Virus record (IMG/VR): IMGVR_UViG_3300049846_001141
Length of the DNA: 64,000 nt
Strand: one strand, 5' to 3'
DNA from: an uncultured virus (IMG/VR IMGVR_UViG_3300049846_001141)
Taxonomy: Duplodnaviria; Heunggongvirae; Uroviricota; Caudoviricetes
Part shown: in pieces, positions 45,995-54,852 of the stretch
Layout of the letters: the number at the start of each line of letters is the position of its first letter
Numbering within the stretch: the stretch's first letter is position 1
Position numbers and translations under genes: made by a program
Notes under the pieces: generated by a model
Told to the model about the DNA's origin: nothing
The model's input: the letters and a program-made list of their open reading frames with translations, nothing else
Databases searched by the model: none

Positions 45995-46312
45995 ATGGAC
46001 CATCGCATCGAGGATGGCGAATACTTAAACAAAAAGGAAGCAAAGGCGCGATTTAGGCAATCAATTCTTAAACATTGGGAGAACAAGTGTGCCTACTGTT
46101 CTACAGATTTAGGTAGGTCGGCGACGCTGGATCACGTTCACCCCAAGATGCGGGGTGGTCATACGCACCAGCAGAATCTGGTGGCTTGCTGTTTTGCTTG
46201 CAATATCTCGAAGTCGGCCGAGGACTGGATTGAGTGGTACAGGCAGCAGGATTTTTGGGAGCCGTACCGCGAGGATGCAATCGTGCAGTGGATTACTGGT
46301 GGTCTGCTTTAG
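45995..46312 (+). CDS. HNH endonuclease
   Basis: Homologue of 3484-3801. Confidence 0.9.
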   Translation: MDHRIEDGEYLNKKEAKARFRQSILKHWENKCAYCSTDLGRSATLDHVHPKMRGGHTHQQNLVACCFACNISKSAEDWIEWYRQQDFWEPYREDAIVQWITGGLL

Positions 46313-46475
46313 GGTCCCAGCCCATGCCTTCGAGATACATCATCGCGATGTAGTGGTCTTCGGCATAGCGGCAGACGCTGTTTAAACAGGCGCGGTAGTA
46401 CAGTTCGCCCCGCTCGTTTTCCAGTTGGTCTAGGGTGTAGCCGTTGTCGAAATCAGTGGTGTTGACGACGCTCAT
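46293..46475 (-). CDS. Hypothetical protein
   Basis: Homologue of 3782-3964. Confidence 0.75.
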   Translation of the reverse strand: MSVVNTTDFDNGYTLDQLENERGELYYRACLNSVCRYAEDHYIAMMYLEGMGWDPKADHQ

Positions 46476-46480
46476 TTGTT

Positions 46481-46726
46481 TTACCGGCCAACTTTCATTT
46501 CAATCTGGCGCACTCTACTTTCAAGATCGCTAAGCCTTTCTTTGGAATCGTTCTTGAGTTCTTGAATATCGGCGGCTACTGTACTAACTGATTGATCCAG
46601 TTTGGCTACCTGCATAAAAAGACCGCCCAGCCCGATGACCGCAGCGGTCAAAAGAGCTGGCACGGCTTGGTTAAATGGGTTGGGGTGTTCAGGCGCTGCG
46701 GCGTAAACCTCTTCGTGGTTGTCCAT
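46481..46726 (-). CDS. Membrane-anchored coiled-coil protein
   Basis: Homologue of 3961-4215. Confidence 0.7.
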   Translation of the reverse strand: MDNHEEVYAAAPEHPNPFNQAVPALLTAAVIGLGGLFMQVAKLDQSVSTVAADIQELKNDSKERLSDLESRVRQIEMKVGR

Positions 46727-46757
46727 TGCGAGGCATACTGCCAACCTTTTTTATAGG

Positions 46758-46892
46758 TTAGCGTCCTTGACCTCTTAGCTTTTTGCGCCCGTGATTGGGC
46801 AGGCTGTTTTGTCCTTGACCCTGGCGCGTTTTCTTGGGACGGCCGGGTTTGTGGTCGAGGCGCCCCAGTGCGGTTTTGGATTTAACAGCCAT
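46758..46892 (-). CDS. Small basic protein
   Basis: Homologue of 4247-4384. Confidence 0.75.
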   Translation of the reverse strand: MAVKSKTALGRLDHKPGRPKKTRQGQGQNSLPNHGRKKLRGQGR

Positions 46893-47209
46893 CAGTTAGC
46901 CCACGGTACACCACTGCCTGTCACCGGATTGCGCTGCAGGTCGATCTGGTTCTGCAGTGCCTGCTGGATCTCCTGCACTTTTTCATCACCAAAGTGATTA
47001 GCGACCCAGCTGGCGACGGTGAATTCGTCGAGATCAGCGAAGGGGATCATCGCAGCAGGATCTGCAGGCTTAAGGCCAACACTGCCATAGGCGCTGCTGC
47101 TGTAGGTGCCATCGTGGGCGCTGACCGTGTAATGAACGGTCGTGACCATGCCATCGGCAAGGTTGCGCTCCATGTTGGCAACTTTCCAGGCGTAGGTGGT
47201 GTCAGCCAC
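46892..47209 (-). CDS. Tail-fibre-associated hypothetical protein
   Basis: W.VANMER...G.V.TVHY...IPFADL.E..V..WV...GVPW family pattern. Confidence 0.7.
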   Translation of the reverse strand: MADTTYAWKVANMERNLADGMVTTVHYTVSAHDGTYSSSAYGSVGLKPADPAAMIPFADLDEFTVASWVANHFGDEKVQEIQQALQNQIDLQRNPVTGSGVPWAN

Positions 47210-47233
47210 TGGGTTAGATAGTTTGCTAAGTGC

Positions 47234-48082
47234 TCATAATACCGGCATTTCGTACTCTTGTGTAGTATTGCAGTAGTGCTTAAAAATCACTTCGCTAGTG
47301 TTTCCAGCCCACGCCGCTACCTGTGGTACGGGAATCCCTGCTTCAATCCAGCGGCTTATAGCTGTGTGTCGGCAATCGTATGGTCGATACACATGCGAAA
47401 TTAGCTCTGCCTGCTTAAGCGGGGATAGCTTTTTACGGAAGTAACTCTGAAAAGCCAATCTATTCCACGGGAAGATAAACTTATCGGTTTTTGGTAAATC
47501 TTCCAAGATTTCTACGCAGCGCTGATTCAGAGGAACCCATCGCTTTTTATTTGTCTTTGTGCTGTTTTTTAGTCCGTGAGTAAGTGTGTAGTTTTGATGA
47601 ACAAGAATTTTATTGTCTTTTATGTCGTCCCACATAAGGGAACGCACTTCGCCAGTACGCATTGCAGTCTGCAACATAAATTCCGTGTAGCTAGCCCAGT
47701 TGACGTGACGGTAAGTTTGTTTACCTTCTAGTGCTGCTAGTACCAAGCCCACTTCGTTTCTAGGTATAACAACTATCTCCTCATCTTTTTGTGGGGCTTT
47801 TGGCATTTTGAAGCTGGCGAGAGGGTTGCGTTCCAGCAGAGCAACGTCTTCCTGAGCAGCCCACTTGTACATGGTTTTTAGATACATGGCCACGCGCCTG
47901 GCCGTTAAGACTGGTTGCTGCTGCAAGACCCAGATCATGATTTGCCTTGCTTGAGCCGGGTCTTGTATTGGGCACTGGGCCAGTCGCTTCGATACCTGCC
48001 GATAATCCGACGTAAGGCTGGTAGGGCATAAGGAAATGGAGCGCTCTTCCAGGAAGGCGCTCCAGAGATCATTCAATTTCAC
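47234..48082 (-). CDS. Tyrosine recombinase (integrase family; no arm-binding domain evident)
   Basis: TAMRTGEV (R), STKT (K), PYDCRHT (Y-x-x-R), WAGN, FKHY (Y). Confidence 0.9.
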   Translation of the reverse strand: MKLNDLWSAFLEERSISLCPTSLTSDYRQVSKRLAQCPIQDPAQARQIMIWVLQQQPVLTARRVAMYLKTMYKWAAQEDVALLERNPLASFKMPKAPQKDEEIVVIPRNEVGLVLAALEGKQTYRHVNWASYTEFMLQTAMRTGEVRSLMWDDIKDNKILVHQNYTLTHGLKNSTKTNKKRWVPLNQRCVEILEDLPKTDKFIFPWNRLAFQSYFRKKLSPLKQAELISHVYRPYDCRHTAISRWIEAGIPVPQVAAWAGNTSEVIFKHYCNTTQEYEMPVL

Positions 48083-48090
48083 TGGAGTGT

Positions 48091-48139
48091 AGTATGGATG
48101 TACTCTACTACACTACACTATAGGGTACCCTTTTGTCAA
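48091..48139 (-). promoter_or_regulatory. Recombinase promoter with LexA-like operator
   Basis: TTGACA (48139-48134), 18 bp, TAGTGT; AGTATGGATGTACT at 48091-48104. Confidence 0.5.
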
Positions 48140-48143
48140 ACAG

Positions 48144-48158
48144 TAGTGACGTGGACTA
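48144..48158. other. Candidate recombinase core site TAGT-CCACGTC-ACTA (gene strand)
   Basis: Perfect 4-bp inverted arms and 7-bp spacer just upstream of the recombinase promoter. Confidence 0.65.
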
Positions 48159-48228
48159 ACGGCTTTGCTCAAAAACAAGTCTGGCTGACAAAGAATGCGG
48201 CTGCCATACTCATGCTGCGCAAAACCAG

Positions 48229-48243
48229 TATCGAAGGGGACTA
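48229..48243. other. Degenerate core site TAGT-CCCCTTC-GATA
   Basis: Begins 1 bp after the tail-fibre stop codon. Confidence 0.45.
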
Positions 48244-48244
48244 A

Positions 48245-50929
48245 TCAGCAGGCCATCAGTACACAAGGCACGCAGTAGCTGCCGTCGTCATAGGTGCAGC
48301 TCACATTGGTGCTGGTCACCTTGGCGATGGTCTTGCTGCGGATGATGTCGTCATCTTGTGGTTTGGCGGTGCCATCACCAGCGGACATCAGCAGATTACC
48401 GCGCTCAACAGTGACGCCAGCGCCAATACGGATGATGAAGTCACCCGTCATCGCGCAGTAGAAATCGTTGGTGTAGGTGTCATCGTCATCGTCCCAAGCT
48501 TGGAACACGCCGGACACGTTCTTGTCACCTTCGACATCGCTCACCTTCATCCGGTTGAGCTGTTCGTTGTCCTCCTCGCCCCATTCGCACATCTCGTCGA
48601 TGTTAGACAGCACAGAGCCACGCAGAATTTCAGTGCGCTCAGCACCAGAAGGAAGTTGCGACCAGCGGCTTAGGTGAGCACCGTTGTAGGAGACGGTGGT
48701 GCCGGAGACAGAAATGCTGCCTTCTTGTACTGCATCTTGCTGAATCTCAACGATGGTTCCGTCGCTTGTATTACGGTTTACATAAAGACAAGTCCCAGAA
48801 GATCGCGCCAGTATCTCAACACCAGAACTCCAGAATTCAACACCATTTGAAGATGAGTTATCAGGAGTCTTGCCAATCCCAACACGCTGCTGCGAATCAA
48901 TGCGAAGCGCTTCAGTTGGACTTGCCTGGCCATCTTTAGTAGTGGAGAACACTAGACGGCCTGGCATGTCATTAGCGCCAGGGGTGCCGTCTACAACAGC
49001 CACGATCTCGGCAGCCCTTGTGTCTAAATCAGTGCCATCCGCGCCTGCAAAAATAATTTGCCCGAGAGTGTCGCCATTTTGAACAATCGTTGACGAGCCA
49101 ACAGTTGTTCCGCGAGATTTTCCGATAATGAATCGCGGTCCATTTGTATCGTTTCTGTTAAGAACACATGTAAAAGGTGTCAGGTCTGCTGATGGCTGCT
49201 CAATGTAGATACCTGAGTTTTGTGCGCTCTGGAATCCTTCTCCGACCGCACGGACACTAGACGTACCAACTAAGAGCCTGCCGGAGCTGTCGATGCGGGC
49301 GCGTTCGGTAGTGGACTGATAGAAGACCGTGGAGCCACCGTTTGTCGATAAAAAGGCGTCGGTACCGTTATGAGCTAACTCAACAGTTCCTGAGCCCGAT
49401 TGCACTCTGGATGTAATTACGCCAGATGCTCCATAAACGTGGTGGTTGACTGCCGGACTCGCGGTTCCGATGCCGACGTTGCCGAGATGGGTAATTGTTA
49501 CCGCTTCGCTAAGCGTGCCGTTGTTTAATGTTGATAGCTTAAGGCCAGAGCCTACGCCTTGAGAAATGTAGCCACCAATGGCTCCTCCATAGCCGCTGTC
49601 TTTTTCAAGCCTGAGATAAGTAGCGGAAGTTCCAGTAACGTTGGCAGATGAAAGAAGCTGACCAAGATAAGTTGTTGCACTGTTGCTGCTAGAGACGGCG
49701 GTAAGCAAATATCCAGGACTACTAGTCCCCACGCCCACGAGGCCAGCCGAGGTGATTCGCAGGCGTTCTTGAGGGGTTACTGAGGCTGATGGAGTGGTGT
49801 TGAAAGTAAGAGACCCTGGCGAAGAGGTGCTGCTGACGGCTCCATCCGAGACACCAGCGACAGTGCTGACTGCCCTATAAGCGGTACTATCAAATCCTTG
49901 GAACCGGACTGCACCAAGTGTTGTTGATGTAGAAATTGCTGCTGGAGAAGCTTGACTGCCTTCCGCCGCCCTTAAATTAATGCCCGGACCGCCACCAGCT
50001 CTGTGGACGCTCAAGTTGCTTTCTGTTTTAAAGTCAATACTGCCATCGCTATTCACAAACAACCGCCCAGTGCCATTAGTCGAGATGGCTACTTGATCTG
50101 CGCCGGGGGAGTAGATGCCGGTGTTAGTGTCCGCGCCGAAGATCAGCGATGGCGTTGCAGCACTGCCTGCAGGCAGGTCCACCGCCTGATTGCTGGTCCA
50201 GGCGTCGGTGGTATCGCTCCAGGTGATCGTCTTATCGGTGGCGCCTTTCAGCGTGATGCCGCCACCGTCTGCTGTGGTGTCGGTGGGTGTGGCAACATCC
50301 GCAAGGATGATGTTCTTGTCTTCAACGACAAGGTTCTGCGTATTGATATTGGTAGTGGTGCCGTTGACGGTCAAATCGCCCGCAATGGTGACCGCCGCAT
50401 CAAACGTGGCAGCACCAGTCACGTCCAACGTGCCAGGCACATCAACGTTGCTAGTCCACTCAACGCCAGTGCCGGCAGCATCGGTCTGCAGCAGTTGACG
50501 CGCTGCACCATCCGCCAGCTTGCTGACGGCGATCTCAGCACTGGCGCTGATATCCGCGTCAACGATGCTGGCGTTACCGCTCACGATGACGGTGCCGCTT
50601 TGGTTGGGCAGCGTGATCGTGCGATCAGCTGTCGGATCTGTCACCGCCAGCGTGGTCTCAAACCCATTAGCGGTGCTGCCTTCAAACGTCAGCGTGCCTG
50701 TGCTGCCGATCTCCAGATTTCCCAGCACCGTGCCGCCGGAGACGACGAACGGGAAGTAAGCGAGGCTGTTCCAGGCAGTGCTGCCGTTGCCGACCTTTAG
50801 CTTCTTGGTGTCGGTTTCGAGTGCCAGCTCGTTGTTGAGCAGGACAGGGTTGACGGACGACCAGTTGGCGGCTGTATCAGCGCGAAGCTGCAGTTTGACT
50901 TGGACTGTTGTGGGAGTCGGTGTTGTCAT
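48245..50929 (-). CDS. Modular tail fibre protein
   Basis: QLRADTAANW...ETDT.KLKVG.G N-terminus; repeated ER.RI...G.VG.GT modules; YCVPCVLMAC C-terminus. Confidence 0.85.
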   Translation of the reverse strand: MTTPTPTTVQVKLQLRADTAANWSSVNPVLLNNELALETDTKKLKVGNGSTAWNSLAYFPFVVSGGTVLGNLEIGSTGTLTFEGSTANGFETTLAVTDPTADRTITLPNQSGTVIVSGNASIVDADISASAEIAVSKLADGAARQLLQTDAAGTGVEWTSNVDVPGTLDVTGAATFDAAVTIAGDLTVNGTTTNINTQNLVVEDKNIILADVATPTDTTADGGGITLKGATDKTITWSDTTDAWTSNQAVDLPAGSAATPSLIFGADTNTGIYSPGADQVAISTNGTGRLFVNSDGSIDFKTESNLSVHRAGGGPGINLRAAEGSQASPAAISTSTTLGAVRFQGFDSTAYRAVSTVAGVSDGAVSSTSSPGSLTFNTTPSASVTPQERLRITSAGLVGVGTSSPGYLLTAVSSSNSATTYLGQLLSSANVTGTSATYLRLEKDSGYGGAIGGYISQGVGSGLKLSTLNNGTLSEAVTITHLGNVGIGTASPAVNHHVYGASGVITSRVQSGSGTVELAHNGTDAFLSTNGGSTVFYQSTTERARIDSSGRLLVGTSSVRAVGEGFQSAQNSGIYIEQPSADLTPFTCVLNRNDTNGPRFIIGKSRGTTVGSSTIVQNGDTLGQIIFAGADGTDLDTRAAEIVAVVDGTPGANDMPGRLVFSTTKDGQASPTEALRIDSQQRVGIGKTPDNSSSNGVEFWSSGVEILARSSGTCLYVNRNTSDGTIVEIQQDAVQEGSISVSGTTVSYNGAHLSRWSQLPSGAERTEILRGSVLSNIDEMCEWGEEDNEQLNRMKVSDVEGDKNVSGVFQAWDDDDDTYTNDFYCAMTGDFIIRIGAGVTVERGNLLMSAGDGTAKPQDDDIIRSKTIAKVTSTNVSCTYDDGSYCVPCVLMAC
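48940..48954. other. In-gene core site TAGT-GTTCTCC-ACTA
   Basis: Encodes L-V-F-S-T. Confidence 0.6.
49258..49272. other. In-gene core site TAGT-TGGTACG-TCTA
   Basis: Encodes L-V-G-T-S. Confidence 0.55.
50077..50091. other. In-gene core site TAGC-CATCTCG-ACTA
   Basis: Encodes V-A-I-S-T at the end of the GC-rich N-terminal part. Confidence 0.55.
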
Positions 50930-51444
50930 TGACCTGCGCCGCCGCCGCTTAAAAGAAGGGTTGCCGTGGAGCTTGCGCTCCCACTGTTAAGGATAAAGGG
51001 GGCGTACCCGTTAAACGCAAACGAGGTAAACGCTGTTGTTGCAGGTGCTGTTGCTCCACCGCCATTCAAGATGTAGAGCAGGATTGCCCCAAACACCACG
51101 CGCAGCTGTACTGTCGCGCTGTAGTACAGCCCTTGGTGATCTTCTTGTGGAGCTGCGGCGTAGCGGTACAGGGCGTTCGCGTCTACGGCAGTCAGTCCGC
51201 CCCAGATTGAAGCCGGGACGTTGAAGTAACCGTGTGTACCGTTTTCGGTGTAAAAGTGATCGCGGAGGCTTTCAATTTGAGCCTGCGACAGACCCGTGTA
51301 GTTAATGTTGAGCGTGTGTCCGCTGACACGCTGGTTATGCCGAAAGCGGACTGGCACCCGATCCTGTGAGGAAGACTCGCTTAAGTTCAGCTGTCCCAGG
51401 TCGAAACTGATTGAGTTTGGGATTAAGGCTGGAAATGTAGCCAT
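50926..51444 (-). CDS. Minor tail protein (distal-tail-like paralogue 2)
   Basis: MATFPALIP; homologous to 10949-11326. Confidence 0.65.
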   Translation of the reverse strand: MATFPALIPNSISFDLGQLNLSESSSQDRVPVRFRHNQRVSGHTLNINYTGLSQAQIESLRDHFYTENGTHGYFNVPASIWGGLTAVDANALYRYAAAPQEDHQGLYYSATVQLRVVFGAILLYILNGGGATAPATTAFTSFAFNGYAPFILNSGSASSTATLLLSGGGAGQ

Positions 51445-51446
51445 GG

Positions 51447-52106
51447 CTAGCTAACGCAACCAACGGAGTACGACCAAGCAGTCCCTTCGGTCTGTGCCTC
51501 AATCGTAAGTGTGATGTACCGATCTGCTGTTGTTTTTGGGATCGAGACGGTCGCTGTGCCAGACACGTAACCCGTGTCGTAAGAGGCTGCCCCAGTGATG
51601 ATGAAGCGATCTGGGATTGTGTAAGCGGTGTAGGTAAAGCTAAAAGATCCGTAACCGGGACCTACATCTATAACGCGGGTATAAGTGCCGATCCCACCTG
51701 TTTCTGCGTTAGCCGTAGTTGGGCATCCTGAAATATCTGTAGCCAGATCTCGTGGCTGAGCCTCTAGTTCAACAGTTGTCGTAACAATACCGGGGCTGTA
51801 GTCCGTGCTAGGGCTACTACTATATGTCCAGAGATAATTAGCCGGAAGTTGTATATTCGAGCCTCGCAGTGTAATTTCGGCAAGATCAAAATAGACGAAC
51901 CTGCCGTGATTCGTGTAGTGGCTAACAATAGCGAAGTGATCTGTTGTTGATAGCCCTGTAAATGTAAGACGCAGGCTGTAGCTGGTTGAGGCGTTGGTAT
52001 GGAGCACACTGAGTTCGTCGCCGTCGAGCGTGCCTATCGGCGTGGCAGCCTTTTGGCCTGGAACAAAGGTCCGGGCGTTCGGATTTAGCGCGGGAAAAGT
52101 TGCCAT
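51447..52106 (-). CDS. Minor tail protein (paralogue 1) with extra C-terminal domain
   Basis: MATFPALNP start at 52106. Confidence 0.65.
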   Translation of the reverse strand: MATFPALNPNARTFVPGQKAATPIGTLDGDELSVLHTNASTSYSLRLTFTGLSTTDHFAIVSHYTNHGRFVYFDLAEITLRGSNIQLPANYLWTYSSSPSTDYSPGIVTTTVELEAQPRDLATDISGCPTTANAETGGIGTYTRVIDVGPGYGSFSFTYTAYTIPDRFIITGAASYDTGYVSGTATVSIPKTTADRYITLTIEAQTEGTAWSYSVGCVS

Positions 52107-52108
52107 GA

Positions 52109-54391
52109 CTAGGAGGCGCAACCTACCGAATAGACCCAAGCCGTTCCAGAAAGCGGTGCATACACAGTCACAGTAATCCAAGGATTAGTGCTTGTTTTTG
52201 TAACGGACGCACTGCCGCTGCCAGAAACAGTCCCTGTGTCAAAAGTAGCCGCCCCACTTATAACGAACCTGTCTGGAATACTGTACGCAGTCCAGCTAAA
52301 GGAGAAAGAGCCTGACCCTTCACCTACATTAACGAGTCGAGTAAATGTGCCTTGTCCACCAGAATCAGAGCCACCAGGGCAATAAATAGGCGGAACAGGC
52401 GGTTCACCTATAGGTTCAGTCTGCTCGGATTCGTGGCATGTACCGTAACCTGTAGGCGAACCTGGATCAGGACAACAGCCAACAACGTATACAGTTTTGC
52501 CTGTTAAATTTGGATCGGCAATAATATACTCAGCAGCTACACCTTCGGAAACAATAGTTTCTTCACCGGTTGCAGTATCCACTAAATACCAGGTATTGTA
52601 TTGTCCTGGGCATACATTCGATACGCTTAATTCGTCTCCTGGCAGCGGCACGCCACCTGGCCCGCTTGGACCAGAAATAGTAGGAGCCGGTATATCTTCA
52701 TCAAATGGATCGCTTGGGTTGCCGCCTGTTGGACTGCCGCTAGGTGGATAGCCCGTCGTAGACGTGCCTCCAGGGAAGACTGGGCGATCTGTGGGCGGTG
52801 TTGGATCATTCGGATCCAGCACATCAGGCGCTGGTAGGTCTACGTCAGTATCAGGCTCTTCTGGATTGTTGCCGTCACCTGGATCGGTCGGGTCCACAGG
52901 GGTGTCGTCATCTACGTTGTCTTCGTTATCGCATGTGTATTCGTTCCTGTCGATGTCGTACAAGTAACCTGTTCCTTCAGCTCCAGCGACATACAACGCG
53001 AGGATGCTGCGTCCCAGTGCATCAATCGGAAAGTGCATCAGGTCAAGTTCAACAGCGCCAGATGCGGTTTTGTTGATCTTTTCGACTTCGTATAAGTAAT
53101 CGTGGAAACTGACGATACCTGGTTCAGTTTCGCGGCGTAATTGCACGCGCACAATGTTGCCCAGCACCAGTGTGGTGTTAAAGGAGTCGGGTTTAACTTT
53201 GATACGTAGCGCGTGCGTTACATACTTGCGGCGTGCAAGCTGATAAGCGCCAACTTTGACCGCATGATCCTCACGAGTACAAAATTGGCTCATGTCATAT
53301 TGTTCGTATGGACCATCGGGCGCTTCACCGTCGATGCGAACCTCCGTTGTACGAATAAAACCAACGTCATAAGGAGGCTGCTGCCGCCAAATCATCTGAG
53401 CGCAAATCGGCTTGCGATCTTCTAAGTTGATGTATTCAATCTGGAAGCTATCTGGGACAATATGCTCCTCTGTGAAGCCAAAGACCCAGCTAACGGGATT
53501 AGTGCTAATTAAATAGGTCATTCCGTTGTACGGCAGCAGCGGACGGAAGCCCTTTTTGCCGTTTTTATCACCTACACGCAGCAGGAAATATCCTGCCATC
53601 TGCTGCATCCAGTCTTCAAGATTTATGCCTTGATCAACAACGCCGTCCCAGGTAAATCCGTTCGCTTGCACATAATTTGCAGCGATAAACATCTGTGTCA
53701 GATCAATTAGCAGCTCTGGTACACGACTGGTTGCACGGATCAGATACAACGCTAGGTCGATCATGTTGTTGCTTGATCCGACCGTGCCAGGGATCATCCG
53801 AGGGACATGGATACCCTCGCGGATAAATACATGAACCTGTTTGGTATAAGTATCGTCACCAGCTGCAAAATCATTACGGTAATAAAGAGTTGTTAGATCT
53901 TCGTATGTACCGGCGTCGGATCCTGTGTAGCTTGGTCCGTTCCAAGTGATTGTGATACTGCCGCCATTCTTTGTAAACGTACCAGGTGCAAAATAAGGTC
54001 CGGCAAGTTTGTCGTATGCCCAAACTGCTGTGCCACGACGGCAGGTGCGCTGGTAAATGTCTTGAACTTTCGGTTGTGGTAAGTAGCCTTCGCTAAGTAC
54101 CAGGCAGATCTTTAGTGTTAGTTCATTCGTTATTTCGTCGATTTCGTAGCGAACTTTTGTTGCGCCTGGGCTGATGAAGATGCCGCCGTGATCTGCATCG
54201 GTTCCTGGTTGATCGACATACTTGCCGAAGACAATCGGGACAGGCGTACCAAGTTGTACGGCACGCTGTTGAACGTCTAGCTGAGAGGATGTATCGCCTT
54301 CGCCTGCTTTTTTGGTGCTAGCAGTAAAAATAACTCCCGTCTGATACGGAAGTAGCTGCAATGGATCGCTGACTCGGATCTTAGGTGTCAT
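52109..54391 (-). CDS. Tail tip / hub protein with Pro/Asp linker and C-terminal domains
   Basis: GTPVPIVFG; homologous to 11341-13401. Confidence 0.7.
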   Translation of the reverse strand: MTPKIRVSDPLQLLPYQTGVIFTASTKKAGEGDTSSQLDVQQRAVQLGTPVPIVFGKYVDQPGTDADHGGIFISPGATKVRYEIDEITNELTLKICLVLSEGYLPQPKVQDIYQRTCRRGTAVWAYDKLAGPYFAPGTFTKNGGSITITWNGPSYTGSDAGTYEDLTTLYYRNDFAAGDDTYTKQVHVFIREGIHVPRMIPGTVGSSNNMIDLALYLIRATSRVPELLIDLTQMFIAANYVQANGFTWDGVVDQGINLEDWMQQMAGYFLLRVGDKNGKKGFRPLLPYNGMTYLISTNPVSWVFGFTEEHIVPDSFQIEYINLEDRKPICAQMIWRQQPPYDVGFIRTTEVRIDGEAPDGPYEQYDMSQFCTREDHAVKVGAYQLARRKYVTHALRIKVKPDSFNTTLVLGNIVRVQLRRETEPGIVSFHDYLYEVEKINKTASGAVELDLMHFPIDALGRSILALYVAGAEGTGYLYDIDRNEYTCDNEDNVDDDTPVDPTDPGDGNNPEEPDTDVDLPAPDVLDPNDPTPPTDRPVFPGGTSTTGYPPSGSPTGGNPSDPFDEDIPAPTISGPSGPGGVPLPGDELSVSNVCPGQYNTWYLVDTATGEETIVSEGVAAEYIIADPNLTGKTVYVVGCCPDPGSPTGYGTCHESEQTEPIGEPPVPPIYCPGGSDSGGQGTFTRLVNVGEGSGSFSFSWTAYSIPDRFVISGAATFDTGTVSGSGSASVTKTSTNPWITVTVYAPLSGTAWVYSVGCAS

Positions 54392-54852
54392 AGCTTTGGT
54401 GGATTCCCTACAAGACGCGAGGAGAACGTGCGGGGTGGTACTTGCGATCCAACTGGTGCAAGGCTAGACCCGATGCTGGCTTCAATCTCATTGAAGTTAC
54501 CGCCCAGTCCGACGACCTCTCCAATAAATGAACCAATCAAAAGTTGACTGGCTTGCGGCACGGCTTGGGATAAACGGCTATCAAACTCATACATCTTGAT
54601 TTCGCACAAGTAGTTCTTGTCGATTGCATTACTGAAAGCGGCCACCGTAGCCTGCAATGCAGGAGCTGTGACCGAGATGCCTGCTGCCGCTTGCGTGGCA
54701 GTACCAATCAGTGCATTAACAGTGAACGGTGTATAGATCCAGGAATTGCTGTCCCAGGTGACTGTGGTGTTGTAGTAGAAGTTTTGCCAGCGGACGTAGG
54801 TGGCGGTCTCGTCGAAAATCCGCAGGTATTGAGATTGGGCGCGGTTTGCCAT
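54388..54852 (-). CDS. Minor tail protein
   Basis: Homologue of 13408-13857. Confidence 0.65.
   Translation of the reverse strand: MANRAQSQYLRIFDETATYVRWQNFYYNTTVTWDSNSWIYTPFTVNALIGTATQAAAGISVTAPALQATVAAFSNAIDKNYLCEIKMYEFDSRLSQAVPQASQLLIGSFIGEVVGLGGNFNEIEASIGSSLAPVGSQVPPRTFSSRLVGNPPKL

Noticed and set aside
47234..48082. Ordinary lysogeny integrase marking a prophage
   Set aside because: No host DNA, attL/attR, repressor or excisionase is visible; it sits in the tail operon and is absent from complete unit A. Not fully excluded, because the rest of B lies outside the window.
48245..50929. Gin/Cin/Rci-type invertible fibre cassette or diversity-generating retroelement
   Set aside because: I saw no inverted alternative 3' ends, no long identical inverted crossover sites, no reverse transcriptase and no template/variable repeat pair.
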